A DNA stretch of 64,000 bases from Trichosphaerium sp. ATCC 40318 (Eukaryota; Protista; Tubulinea): positions 49,110-113,109 of the forward strand of contig JALMLS010000523.1 in assembly GCA_038496445.1 (NCBI GenBank). The letters run 5' to 3'. The notes beneath the pieces were generated by a model. That model was given only the letters and a program-made list of their open reading frames with translations, ran no database searches and was not told the DNA's origin. This document shows positions 38,129 to 51,190 of the stretch, one piece after another; positions within the stretch are counted from its first letter, which is position 1, and every line of letters starts with the position of its first letter. A program made the translations under genes and the position numbers.

Positions 38129-41100
38129 TTAAAAAACAAAGTTAATTTTATCATAGCTATTCTTCTTTTTGTTAAAGCAAGCCCTAATATGATCTTCATT
38201 AAATTTTTTCATCTCCCTCAATACCAACCAATGATCAAATGGATCAAGTAGATTAGCTACAGCAGCAAAATGGCCTGGTTTAAGCTTTCCTCTCTTACCT
38301 ATTTGAAGAAATCAGAAAAAATCAAAAAAGAGGGGTTATAGTTCGATTGTGTCTAGTGATTTTCATCACGTGGGTTTTTCTTTCAAAATAAAATTTTGTC
38401 GTATTTTGTTCCCAAGTAAAACACCAACACAAGATAGCCAAAATCGAGAATATAATCCAAAAAATGTAAAAAAGAAATAACGTACCACACCAAGCTACTA
38501 GTACGTCCTTATGGTGCTCTCCATCATCTGGTATACGAAGCTTAATAAACATAACCTTATTATCATCTAACAAATCCTTTACATCACTTGACGATCGGCC
38601 ATAATCATCAACGACAATCTTACCTTTTGAAAAAGGTAAGCAAGAAGTTTTTCACTTAAAAGTATCATAAAACGTCAACTGAACTCTTACCATCAGAGTT
38701 ATATACTAAGGTTATCCACCCCCGTTCACTCTCATTTGTGAATGCCTTATTATTCAGCTCTTTGACATTTTCACTATCTAGTATCTCCTTAAACTCAGGT
38801 GGAACATCTCCAATATTAGATAAATCTCCATTTTCTCTAGACAATCGCTTCTCTGAGCTATGTGAATTTTTTGAGTTACGCTTCTGCTGATGTAGCCTAA
38901 AAAAATAACTACGTCAGCCCAAGAAAAAAAAAAAAGAATCACAAGCAACAAAACGGAGAAGAGACGATAAGATAACACAGAAAAGAAAAAAAAGAGAAAG
39001 CAACAATTCTTAACAACTTACCCTTTTCTATCTTCTTTAATAATGTCAGGCAGTCTCGACTCAAACTTGGAAAACAAAGACAATAATGCACTTATACCTA
39101 TCATAAAATATAAGTATACATCGCACATAAAAAACAAAGCTAAAACAAAAACAGTACCAGGTCTATTAGCAGGGTTTTGATCCAAACACATCTTAATAAT
39201 TTTAGCCCAATACTGCGATGATTTCAAGTTCGCATCTGGCATCTCTGATATGTCCATACTTCCCAACGTAACGAGTCCATTGTAACCATCAATATTGCAA
39301 CAAACTAATCTCAAAATCAGTACAACAACAATAAAAGACAATCCGTACCTAACTCCCAACAAATTAGACCAAAGCTCCAAACTAATAACAGAATTAGCAC
39401 AACGAATAAAAACAACACGTTTTTCTCTTACCATTTGCTTTGGGCGTTAATGAGTCCCTCCTATATAGCTCTGGTGCAGTATATACCAAAGTATCTTCAT
39501 TAGGGAAACCAAAATCATATAGTCTAACAGTTGCATGCTCGTCGGAAACCTAAAACAAACACCACAATCAGCAAACGCACATACAACATGAACCCTCAAC
39601 AACACGTACGATTATTGTCCTCGAATTCAAATTTTCTGGTACAAGTACCGGACTTTGACTGTGCAAGTAGGAAAGTGCTATAACAACATAAGACACTCGA
39701 ACTTAATATGAACTAGAAAAAAACCAGAAAATACAAATGTTTGTTGCTATACCGTACCTTGTAATACACCATGCGCTATTCTAACCTTTTGACTGGTATT
39801 TACAACGTTTTTTACAGAATAATCATACAAGGTGCCCCTAGCGTTCTATTAGGAACAAAGAAACAAAAAAAACTCTGTTAGCTTTTAATATCCACGTACT
39901 GTCTTCCTACAGGCCACACGATACACATATTTACAGGATCTGCAACAACACCCAACGGCTTTAATAAAGCAGGGTGATCCAAGTTGCTACCACAGTATTA
40001 GAACATACACGTGTACTTTTTTTTTGAGATAACTTACCATACTACAGCAGCTTGTTTGCAGAAGGTAGCAAACTCCTTAAACCTCGGAGAGAACCGTTTG
40101 TATATAACCTTTCGGCTTTGCTTAAAAATCCCTCTGAATATGGAACTCTCATCCGTTCTAAGAGGGAAAAACATAAGCAATTCGAAATTTGATCTTTCAA
40201 AAAAAAAAAAAGGTTCGTACTTTTGGAGAAGGAAAACTTCTTCCAAATCATCATAACTTAAGATAGAGCCTTTCAAAGGAGCTAGCATTCTCCATTCATC
40301 ATTACTTTTGAGTATAAGCTTAATAGCAGTATCGTCCTTAAAGCCTAAAACACGAGTCAAAAAAGAAAAACACCAATTAAATATGCGTCTGAACGTTATT
40401 GGAATATCTTAGCGTACCTATAGATTTTAGCTCTACTGGGCTTCGTATAGAACGAACTGAAAGTAAATCGTAATAACCAGCTACAAAAAAGAAGTAAGAA
40501 TAAATGGAATACTTCAAGAGTTGAAGGTAATACCTTGTATTATAGTTTCTGTGTACGATTCTAACCCCAACTCTTTCAGCCAACTTCCAATAACGTCAAC
40601 TGGTTGATTTTGCAAGTATTTAGGCATCACAGGGACATTAGCTCTTCTAGGACTGCAACAAATATCAGCAAACAAAGCAGTAAAAAAAAGTCGGACAAGC
40701 TTACTAAAATCGGTACCCAAATCAAAACTCCTTTTTTTGGGGATTCAACAAAAAGAAAAAGATCAATAAAATTAATGGCTTTTTTAGCATGAAAAATACT
40801 TGCCTGGATAACTCGGGAGCAATGTACTCTAAAAATTCAATAAGTGAGTCCAAAGACTCATCTTCTAGCTGATTATGGCCAGCACTACTAACAATCTGGC
40901 ACTTCCACATATTTATGAATTTTGAATCCAATTTCTACATCAAAAATCAGACACAGGCATACCAAAGTGCGTAACAGATTTTAATATGAAAAGAATATAC
41001 ATACCTTGGCACTTTTAACAGAGATATATTCATCATCCTCACCATGAATAATAAAAACTGGACAAACAATCTTTTCTGCTTTTTTCACATTCTCGCAATA

Positions 41101-42194
41101 ATCATTTGTCATAAGAGCAGCTAAAGAAGTCTTACGACGTTCTTTTCTAAAACAAAAAAAATAAGCCTACGCTCTACAAAAATAGACACAAAAAAAAAAT
41201 GGACAAGAATACTCGAGCTTTGAAAAAAAAAATATCTTACCCTCCTGTAAGAAAAGTATTCCATGATGCAATAGGGGACTCTAATACTAATCCTCCCAAT
41301 GTACGATATTTTCTCTTTAAGTCGTCCTCTGGAATTACACCTTTCTGCTAAGACAGTTAATTTTTGTGTTCTCAAAAAAACAGAAAATTTTCTTGACTTG
41401 TCCACAAGAAAAAATCTAATACCTTAAACCCTCTAAAACCTCGTAGGCTTGCTGGTGATTTATGTTTTGGCACGCTTGATACCTCTGCTGCCAAATTAAC
41501 TACTGCTGCTGTAGCAAGAGATCGTCCCATACTAAAAAGAGAGTAATGAGTGAGTAATTGCCTATTTGATCGATAAAACGCATAAAAAAAAAAGAAATGA
41601 CGAGGTTTGTATCACGACATAGAATAGCGCGTTCCGTACACTATTATTCTATGAGGTTTTACCCCTTTTACTTTAATAAGCCAATCGTATGCAGCTGTTA
41701 TCTCCTCGTATGCTCTTTTCTCTGTAATTGGGCCATATTTGTTTAGGCCGTAGCCACTAAAATCAAACGACAACACGTTAACCTTTATAATAGTCAGAAG
41801 TTGTTTGATTCGCGCTCGTAGTTGCTTTTTAAGCGTGTTGTTGCCTTTTAAGAAGAGGGCTATTTTCTGCACCAAAAACACTCATGTGACGCAATTACGT
41901 ACCTTTAACGCGGCGTTGAGCAATTTACGAAAGTTGTGAGTGTGGCTCATGTCTTGTTCAGGTCCACCAACATACAGAAACCAAAAGTTACCACTGCGAT
42001 TGAAAAACCATTAATTGTTATCGATAATGGTAGTATTTCACGCACACTGATTTGGTTTCGTCATTAAAATGTTCTAAATACGAAGCAGGTATGCGAATAT
42101 TGCCCTCTCCTTCTAACCAAAAGAATCCTAGTAACGATTCTTCTGAATAACCAACAGGAGGTGGAGACAGCACTTTTCCTACACCACTGCCCAT
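38129..42194 (-). CDS. Multidomain protein: ABHD17-like hydrolase + SAM + pseudokinase + ADF-H (coactosin-like)
   Basis: MGSG start; FDFSGYG, GRSLA, LVLESP, IIHGEDDE, AGHN (hydrolase); VIGSWLKELGLESYTETI (SAM); YLHSQSPVLVPENLNSRT..LYDFG..YTAPE..CLDQNPANRP (kinase fold); GWITLVYNSDGKIVV..LDDNKVMFIKLRI..VLVAWCG (ADF-H). Confidence 0.7.
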
Positions 42195-42923
42195 ACTGTC
42201 CCCACGGCCAAAGTACGCTATGTCAGAAGCTAAAAAAGTGATTACTTGACCTAGTCTGAAATAGCTCGTTCGAAGCTTTATCGAGTATTTTCTCAGCGGT
42301 TCTCAACAAGCGCCGATGCACGTTATAAAAATAGCTCTGTGGCAGTGTACTTCACAGTTCTAGTACAATTGTAGAAAATCGCCGTTTCACGTTTAGTGAC
42401 GTCTTGGAAATCGCTACGCTGTGCGAAATGCACCCGTAGTACCTCTTTTGGGACAACCAATCGTAAGTCACAAGCAAGCGAGCCTGAATAAATGTTATTT
42501 TTCAGGCGTTAAAGCGACTACGATAAGAGTTCTTGTGTTGCAAATTAAATAAGAAGAAAGTAACGCTTTTCAAGCCTTTTTGTGTTGTTTTAAATGAGCA
42601 GCTGGTAACCTTTCCCCACGTTCGCGCTGTAGCGACGACAGAGTTATAGGAAAATATGGAGCGTTGTTACTCCTTACAAGACACAGAACTTTTTTTGTTT
42701 TTAGCGCTTCGCCTCATTCAAAAAAAAAATGAGCGTTCTGGTTTTGAGCCTAAAGAGAAGGTACTGCGGTATCCTAAACAAACTATCTAGACTGAAAAAA
42801 AAAATGGTGTTTAAGCTTAAATATTGCGAAGAAAATCTACTAGTGTGTTTTGAAGGCTTTTATGAGTCTACAAATACTTATTGGCCCCAAGCCCAAAAGG
42901 AACCAGGGAGTGCCTTATTTCTT

Positions 42924-43157
42924 CTATTGTCCGCCTCTGAGGGATAATACCAAGTGAAGGGTGCTTCCGGCTTTGATTTTATAGTCGCTAACGTTTTTTT
43001 CATCGGCCATAGCGCGTCCAGCGAAGATTAATCGTTGCTGTGGAGGTGGGATACCTTCTTTCTCTTCAACTCGCTCTTTTACTCTTTGAATGGAGTCATC
43101 GGCTTCAATATCAATTTCAATAATTTTGCCAGTGAGAGTTTTTACTTTGATTTGCAT
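42924..43157 (-). CDS. NEDD8: NEDD8/Rub1 ubiquitin-like modifier (intronless)
   Basis: [18 protein letters not shown]...[21 protein letters not shown]...[11 protein letters not shown]. Confidence 0.93.
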   Translation of the reverse strand: MQIKVKTLTGKIIEIDIEADDSIQRVKERVEEKEGIPPPQQRLIFAGRAMADEKNVSDYKIKAGSTLHLVLSLRGGQ

Positions 43158-43766
43158 GTTGGAGATGAGTGTGCGCTTTGTTGAATACAAGTGGTATTTG
43201 ACCAGATTTGAAGAGAATTTTTATGCTCAAATCCCAAAGACCCTCGCGAGAAAGTCACGATCTTAGTTGTTCAATTCCGTTACACGAACCGAATTTCGTT
43301 ACTATAACGGCAATTGCTTTTACATTACAGTTTAAAAACACATATATAGCGCTTCCAGCTTACTCTGGTTATGCCTACGCGTGAGGGCGGCTCAAATTGC
43401 ACCGCATGCAGTGTTACAACTATGTATTCAACAAACAACTGCGCAAACACAATCTTTCAAGCTATTGACCTTACTATGCATTTCTTTCGTGGTACATCAC
43501 CGTGGAAAGGCATAATTGGACAAGCATTTCACAAGACACTTCAAATACAAATAATTGTTGAGAGTTTTGGTAGTTGCAACCACTATACACCTGTTTCACG
43601 TGTTTGTCGCGTACAATAAATACCTACGTATTTCAAACACATTTTTAAACCCCCATGGTCTACCAAACGCACTTGGAGCAGGCCGGCACAGCGTAGAGGA
43701 ACTAGTCAAAAAAAGTAATTTTGTAAATCATTTTTCGAAATAAGGCTTTGATTACAGCACTTCCAG

Positions 43767-45159
43767 ATGGCTCAAAATTCTATGTATGGGTCTACTGCCT
43801 TTACTGAAGAAGAAAAACAAACGATTCAGACATTACTAGAAGTAAAGCTTGATGCTTCACATCTCGCAACGCGCCCAGGTCCTGGATCACGTACGCACGG
43901 GTTGTTACGTTTAAATTTTAACATTACGCAGAAAAATTACATTACGTTGAATCTTGGAAAGCTATTGAGCTCGCAAATAGTATTTTTGGGTTTACTGGGT
44001 GGAGTTCGTCAGTGGTAGACGTAACGCCCGATTATGTACGTTTTTTTTCCATTAAATTACATCAAACAGCTCCAAAACGTTTGTTTTACGCATTACAGTG
44101 GCATGTTTTCTGGGAATAACCGATTTTTTTTGTAGATGGACCAAGTGGCAGGTAAAATGAACATTAGAGTGGGCGTAACAGCTGTTGTACGCGTCACACT
44201 GAAAGACGGAACGTTTCATGAGGTACAAATCACTCAACGCTTTATTTCAAAACTTCAGATTTTTCGCGGCCGTTTGGCGCCTTTTTTACGCTCAGAGGCT
44301 TATTTATTAGTTGAGTACTAACCAGCGATTTTTTTAAAGGACGTTGGTTATGGTACATCTGAGAACAGAGATAAAGGTAAAGCCATTGAACATGCAAAAA
44401 AAGAAGCTGTTTCAGATGCTCGTAAACGTGCTCTTAAAAACTTTGGTAATGCCTTGGGTAACTGTGTATATGATAAACAGCATCTTCAACGTATAAAGAA
44501 ACATGCAAAGGTACGTAGTACCACTAATACGATAAAAGAAATGAATGACGACGCTTTAACTTTTTCTTTCACCTTTTTTTTTGAAACTGATTTTTCCTTC
44601 AGAAAACTGCTAGTTCAATATGTACATACCAAAACTTGCGTCAAAGTCTTCAATACAGTCAACAGATGCAACAACAGAATAACCAAATGAATGGTGGAGA
44701 TGTTCCTATGCCTACAGCTCCACAAGGAGGTCTTGGACCGCAACCAGGATTTATGCAAAATAACAACAACCAACCACCTGCTCAAACAGTAAAAGCACCT
44801 CCTCCTGTACGAGCTCCACCACCAAGAAACAATAACAGCTGGAGACCTCCTGGCGCTGGTGCTGTTAAAGCACCATCACAAGTGCGTGCTCCACCGCCAA
44901 CTACACAAGTCCGCGCTCCTCCAGCTGCACAAGTGCGTGCTCCGCCTCCTGGCCGCTCAGGACCTCCTGTGCAAGGTCAGCAACCAATGAATGGTGTGAC
45001 ACAACAACAGCAGCAAGGCACCTCACAGTATGGTGGTTTGAGTGCCTCTACTGGTATGTAAATGATTGGTATTCAACTGGAAATACGTAAACGCTAACTG
45101 TGTTTTTTTTAACAGAGGCGTTGATGAGTAGTATGGCTGTACCAAATGGAAAGCCATAA
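43767..45159 (+). CDS. RAD52: DNA repair/recombination protein RAD52
   Basis: ATRPGPG, KAIELANSIFGFTGWSSSV, VRVTLKDGTFHEDVGYG, AKKEAVSDARKRALKNFGNALGNCVYDK; Pro/Gln-rich tail with VRAPP repeats. Confidence 0.93.
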
Positions 45160-45870
45160 AATTGTAATTAAACAAAAAAAAAAAAGAAATTGTATCTTAA
45201 AGTAAATATTTTCACTACCTACCTGTCTCACATCTTAGCCTTGGACTAATCACGAGTATAACTTGAATACAATCATTGTCGAGCATAGGCCTATACCGGA
45301 ATGTACGTGTTGCAGTGTAATTGTTGATATAAGTACTTAGATAGATAAAAACTATGGACCAGCCACAACCCGACAGTAATCCGAAACTTTAGACTTGTGC
45401 TTCGCGAAGGCACACAAAGATACCTTAGAATTACACCATTTTGAGTAACAGCTGGTGAAATGTCAATTGCTAACATTGTAGGTTGTTCCGTTTTGGTCAG
45501 TATACGAAAAAAGTCGTTTCGGGTGACCCCAAAAATGACGAAACGTCATAAAAGTAATTAAACGCGTAATATTTACAATAAGATGTTTAAGAACAATTTG
45601 GTAAAACCGGCTTTCCGTAAAACCGAAAATCCATTGTTTTTCAAATTGAAATTACTTCGTTCTTTTCTGTTGTGATTTTACTTACGCTCGGACACAAGTG
45701 GCAATGTATAATAATAACAGTACGTAGATGAATTAAACCATACAATAAAAGCAACCGTCCATTTGTAGGGAGTTTTCGGTGCTATATTTTCGGTGTTATA
45801 TTTTTATCTTTCTGCTTGGGTTTGCTAAGCTCTTGAGAGATCATAATATGCGTGGGCTTATTTATTACTA

Positions 45871-47690
45871 GGACGCTGCAATTTTGGCGTACTTGCAATA
45901 GTAATTGTGTTTACCCTCCTTTGCGCCCAGAAAGTACACGCAGGGCTTGAGTGCCACGACAAAACGCTTTGCCAAACTTTTGATTCATGTACTAAATCAG
46001 ACGCGATGAAACGTGCTGGACATACTTGTAGTGGGTTTCCTTACTACAATGGTGGCGCTCCACTTCTTCCATTTCGTTTTGACGATGAAAACGAGCGATA
46101 CATATGTTTGAGAAATATTGGCTCTGCTTGTATTCAATGGAACACAAGAGAGACCTCACCAGACGCATTCGAAGTAGGTCTGGGCAACTGTACAAGTTTT
46201 AACTCTAGAGGGTACTGCGAGAACTGGAGAGTAGATCAACAAGAGGTTACAAACTGTAAACGGGGTGAAAAGGCAACTGGGATTACAACATTGATCAGTG
46301 CGTTTTTGAGGGGCGTCACGTGCCCTTAAATATTTATTTGTGCTTACTAAACTTGTCTCAGACGGTGAAACAACAAGAGCAGAGTGCTGTTCTACATCTT
46401 GTGATGACTATGGATGTGATACGACTTGTTTAGCAAGGATTGAAAGAGAGTTCGCTCTTTGTGAATGTAGAAAAACGCAAAATGTTACTGCAACTACTAG
46501 TGTTTGCATTGAATGGTGCGTGTTTGTTTCCCTATTTCCATTTTTGGCTTTGAGACAACCTCACCACAACTGTAAAAATATGTGGCGCCTTTTAGACTGC
46601 TTTCCTCGTCAAAAACTCAATTTCCGAGCCACAAATAGTGTTTTCTTTGATTTATCTCAATGTTTGTTATTATTTTGACGTTTGTGAAGGTATTGTCTAG
46701 AGACTGGGTTTGGTAAAGACAATGCACCAGAGGACGAGAATTATGTATGCCTTGAAGTAGCACCAGGTGGTTATTGTAGCAAATGGGAAGGTAATATTGA
46801 TTCATACGAAGAATTTGAGATTGCCACATGTTCGTGTGCTTCTGGAAGCGCAGGAAACCCCTGTGACATCTGGACGTGTTTCGAAAGAGGCGTTCATTAC
46901 CAGAGACCAAACTTAGGGTGGATTGCCTATGGATTGCTTGTTGGACCATTTGTTGTTTGGATGTGTTATCTTTTCATCGCTGTATTTATTAGACCGGCAC
47001 ATGTTTACATCGCTCTCGCCGCCCATTCTTTTATTATCATTATGATGGTGTTTGGTATATACTACGTCACCGTAGCGTTTTCTGGTTTTATTGGATTTCT
47101 TGCTGCCTGTACGTGTACTTCTTTCTTCAATATTTTATTGTCATTTCATAAAAAAAAGACTATACTTACCGTTGCTGTTACTCATTGTACTTTCTCCTTT
47201 AGGTATTCCTGTTATGATAATACACATTATTACTGATGTAGTTCTATCGTTTTATGATGGTGCAACAATGGGTCGTATCGCATATAATGCCTGGGACGAG
47301 CTCTCTAGGTCTGATATTTACAAAGGCTTTTCAAAGGCAAAAAAACCTAAACCAAGCCCTGCGCCTGCAGATGAGCCATTGAAAAACATCACACGAGCTG
47401 TGAGCGAATCATCAGTACATACGGAAACGCTTTCAGAAGAAGTAATAGAACAAGCAAGCTCCACTGAAGAGAGTTCCGAAGTAAGCTCCACTGAAGAGAC
47501 TTCCGAAGTAAGCTCCACTGAAGAGAGTTCCGAAGTAAGCACTAGTGCAGAGACCGAAGAAAGCTCAACTGGAGATTACAATGTAAATGAAGAGCAAGAA
47601 CTTGCTAAGAAGAATGGAAATGAACAAGCATTGGCAATGGCAAATGAAAATGAAGAGCCTGGTATTGATGCCGACAGTCCTTATGTTTAA
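45871..47690 (+). CDS. Cys-rich ectodomain, 3-TM orphan membrane protein (copy 2); start codon unresolved
   Basis: Near-identical ORFs to copy 1 (45907-46329, 46340-46678, 46934-47236, 47091-47690) with the same intron positions. Confidence 0.75.
47453..47541 (+). repeat. 30-bp coding tandem repeat (~3 copies, SSTEESSEV-like)
   Basis: agctccactgaagagagttccgaagta-like unit repeated three times; not expanded in copy 1. Confidence 0.85.
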
Positions 47691-48813
47691 ACAGAACTTA
47701 AGGGTCTTCTATTTGTCATCCATAACAACAAAACTGTAGAGACGAAGGGAAGCATCAAAAAAAAAAAGCAAACTGAACAGATTGTAAAAAAAAAAAAAAA
47801 ACGCACAAGTTTACTCGCATTTTTCTTGGCTTGACAAGCGAACACGTGTTCAATGGTGTTGCAACATCAAGAACGAGCGGCGGATAGTATGTTTTTTATA
47901 AGGACTATTTACTGAGTGAGTCTCAAGACTTTTTTGGAAGCTAAGGCATGTGATGCTTGTTTTTGGTTTTCTTACAAGCAATTCGGGAATTGCACCTCCT
48001 TTTATGTGCGCGGCGTGTTATAAGCGTAAATATTGAGGTAATTTTTGACTTTGTGTTTATTGTTGTAAGTCACAGGTAATCAACTTTCGTTACAAAATAC
48101 CTTCGTTCCAAAAGACTGGGCACATGAAAACTTTGTCTTGTCTCTGATTGCTTGTCAACGAAGAAGAACGTATATACCCTTTGAATAGTTTAACACTTGA
48201 GTTGGATATGTGACTTTTGAGTTGACATTCTAAAAAGACTGGGTTTGGAATGAAATACTGCTATTTTGGTTATATCTACAGCTAGTTTTTTCTAGATGGT
48301 TTGTGAAGTAACCACTAGAGTATACAAGTTAGCCTATATTTACCGTTACAGTGTGCATTTTTGTGACGATACGATCAAGTCACCTGCATATTGTTTAATG
48401 AAACTGCCTGGCTGTTAACTAAAGCAGGTTTGCTTTCGAACAAACTATATGCTAACAGTTGTGAACAAAACTAAATAATGTTTATTGTTAATCTTGGTCA
48501 ACTCTCCAAGATAAAAGCTCGAGCTGATGGTGTTAGTTTAGTCACTTTTATGACTTAGTCATTTGAGTTGTGGGAAATACTTCTTGGTATTTGTCTGCAT
48601 TACCACAACAAGCCCACTACTAAAACCGTGCAAATGTCTGAAATAATATTGGTATTTATGTTTAAACAATCACCACATCGAACTCAGAGCAGCTAGTAAC
48701 AACAAATTGCCTATTTTGCACAAGCAAAAAGGTGTTAGGGTACAAAAAATTTGGAATGTGCAGAGTAGATAGACAATGAACTTGGTTTCAATGTAAAGTG
48801 GAACATGTTTATT

Positions 48814-51190
48814 TTATATTGGATTTAGCCCCAATCCGCGTATGAAACCTTCAGCTGTTGATACATCAAGTGTTGATACAAAGTGTGAGTATGATCGCAA
48901 CAAGTTGTTGGTGAGTTGTCCACCAAAGAAGTCTATCAAGTCTGCAACTTCGTTTAATGAACGCCCTAAAGAAAGAGACTCTTAAAAACCAATCTTGAGT
49001 ACTAATAGATGTCTTGTATTTGATAAAAAGACAAACACATTGCTTTGATTATGGTTCAAGCTACAAATAAAAAAAGTTACCTCTTCGCCAATAGATGCGG
49101 TGTGCTATCCATGAATGTTTACAAAATAATTTCTTTGTTTCCTGTGATTCTCTACTAATACTACTTGCAAAGGGTTGGATAATATCTGCCCATGAAACTT
49201 CTGAAGATTCCTAAGAAAATATTGTACATTAGATATTTTTGTTGACAAACAATATCACGTGATTTGATTTTTTTTAACTTGGAAGATATACACAACATAC
49301 AATTATAATAAAGTGTATAATAAACCTGGCAAGTAATGAGTTGTATCCACGATAAAAGAATCTTTTGGCATCTTTTTTGATTGTTAATATTATCTTTGGA
49401 TACAGCTCAGTAAGAGCAATGAGTATTCTAAAGATACTTATAAAAACTAAATAAACAGACTTAGCAAGAATCTTTTTTTAACGCTCTACAGAAAAAACCT
49501 TATTCTATTCCTTCAAGAAGAGGTAATAGAGTCAAGGTATTTGTGTAGTAGAGGATTATTCAACCTCATTTGTGGTTGATTTGAAGGCCATAAATAGGAA
49601 GTGCAATACTCACGTATACATTCTGGTTCTTTGAAGGCACTCTTCCGTAGGATTATACGTAGTATGAGTACAATGCTATCACTTATTTTCAATCCGTTGT
49701 GTAGTTTTCTGTTAGCTTTAATGGACTCCTTAAAAAACCTTTGTAGTAATGGAAGAGCCCTAAACATTCAATGAAAAAACACTAAGTACAGTAAAAAAAC
49801 AAGTGGGTGGAAAAGATTAAAGTATGAATCAAAAAATATCAAAACGAAGGCTCACCTTTTACCATGGATGTTGTTTACCCAAATAGGAAAGAAAACCCTG
49901 TTAGACACCTTTTGGCTGGTTATAGTAGTGTCAAAGTATAAGTATTGAATGCTAGTTAAGTGAAAACCTAGAAGAGTATTTTTCCATGAACTATAAGTAA
50001 TACCACATTTTGATTGTTTTGTATCCTTAAACAAACAACATAAGATTCAATTCTCCAAAAGATAAATATCTAACTCACCAGGTATAAATCTGTACGTGAT
50101 GTTCTAGGATCAAATCTTTGTTGGTCAGGGAAAGCATATTGCAGCTTTTTCCACCACAAACTAAAAGAAAAATTATTGGTTTGTTTAAGAATTGCTTTGT
50201 TGATGCATACCTCATATCTCCAGATACTCGTTTGAAGTTTACACAAACAACCCTCACGTTTGAAAGGGATGTGATGGAAAGAGAACTGAAGATGTGTAGG
50301 AGTATCTCATCTGGTAGCTGGATACTTTCTTGGCTCTCATTCAAAGTTTGTGTGTTTGTTTTGCTTCTTGGTTTTCGTTGGTTATTCTTTCTCTGCTTTG
50401 GTATGTCAGTTGGTTGGCTATGCATCGATGCCAATGATTTATAATCAGTCTGTATAAGATAACTGGAAAGGTCTACATCACCATATGTCTTCACATGAAG
50501 TATAGGTTTTGTAAATAGAATGGGTGTTCTTTTAACAAAAGTGTCTTTGAACTGAGGACATGGAGTTTCTGTGCAGTGTTCACATGTCTTACAACGAAAA
50601 TCTACATCCTAAATACATTGTAAACAATTATATAAAACAGATTACTAGTTAACTCTTGACATACAGACTTGAAGCAAATGCTTGTGTTTGGATCTTCCAC
50701 GTTTTCATAAATTGTTGGTAGATAGTGTGACATGTCTTTTGATTCATAGGTATCGTTTAAGCGTTTCTGAGAATACTTAACAAGGTTTTGGTCTCCTATT
50801 GTACTAGTTGTGAAGAAACACTTTGGAACAAGTACTATTGGGTGCTCTCTTGGGTATTTGTTGAGGTCGATTATGATATGAATGTATGACTTTTTGTCTT
50901 TTGATCTCATATTAACATGCAGGTGTTTACTGCTTTGTACAGGGTGAATGAATATCTAAATGTCTTACTTAGCATGATGAAACAAGGTGGCTCTCCATCA
51001 TCCGCGTAGGATAGGATTGTAGTGGCAGTAATCGTGGCTTTAGCCCACAGATTTGCCGTTGAGGTATTAAACGCACGTTTTCAAAAGGGTTTGAGCCAAG
51101 AAGCTTTGTTTCGTTTCTAAAACGATCTGCCGATGGATCTCTCTTTAATTCCTTTGTAACAGTAGTGGTGTAACGTGAATGATAGGTCAT
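48814..51190 (-). CDS. Degenerate UBC/E2-like domain + F-box + unknown C-terminal domain protein
   Basis: ADRFRNETKLL, IIIDLNKYPREHPIV, PTIYENVEDPNTSICF (E2-like); QLPDEILLHIFSSLSITSLSNVRVVCVNFKRV (F-box); stop 48814-48816. Confidence 0.65.

Larger units (their letters stand above)
45357..48026. repeat. Inverted segmental duplication, right copy (~2.7 kb)
   Basis: Matches the reverse complement of ~14036-16634; ends a few codons into the PH-gene start. Confidence 0.9.

Noticed and set aside
42230-42900. Possible snoRNA/tRNA in the intergenic region
   Set aside because: No cloverleaf or convincing box motifs by eye; needs Infernal/tRNAscan
14036-48026. Giant TIR transposon or Polinton bounded by the inverted repeats
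   Set aside because: The repeats are an ordinary intron-containing gene plus flanks; the interior holds housekeeping genes and no transposase, integrase, polB or capsid
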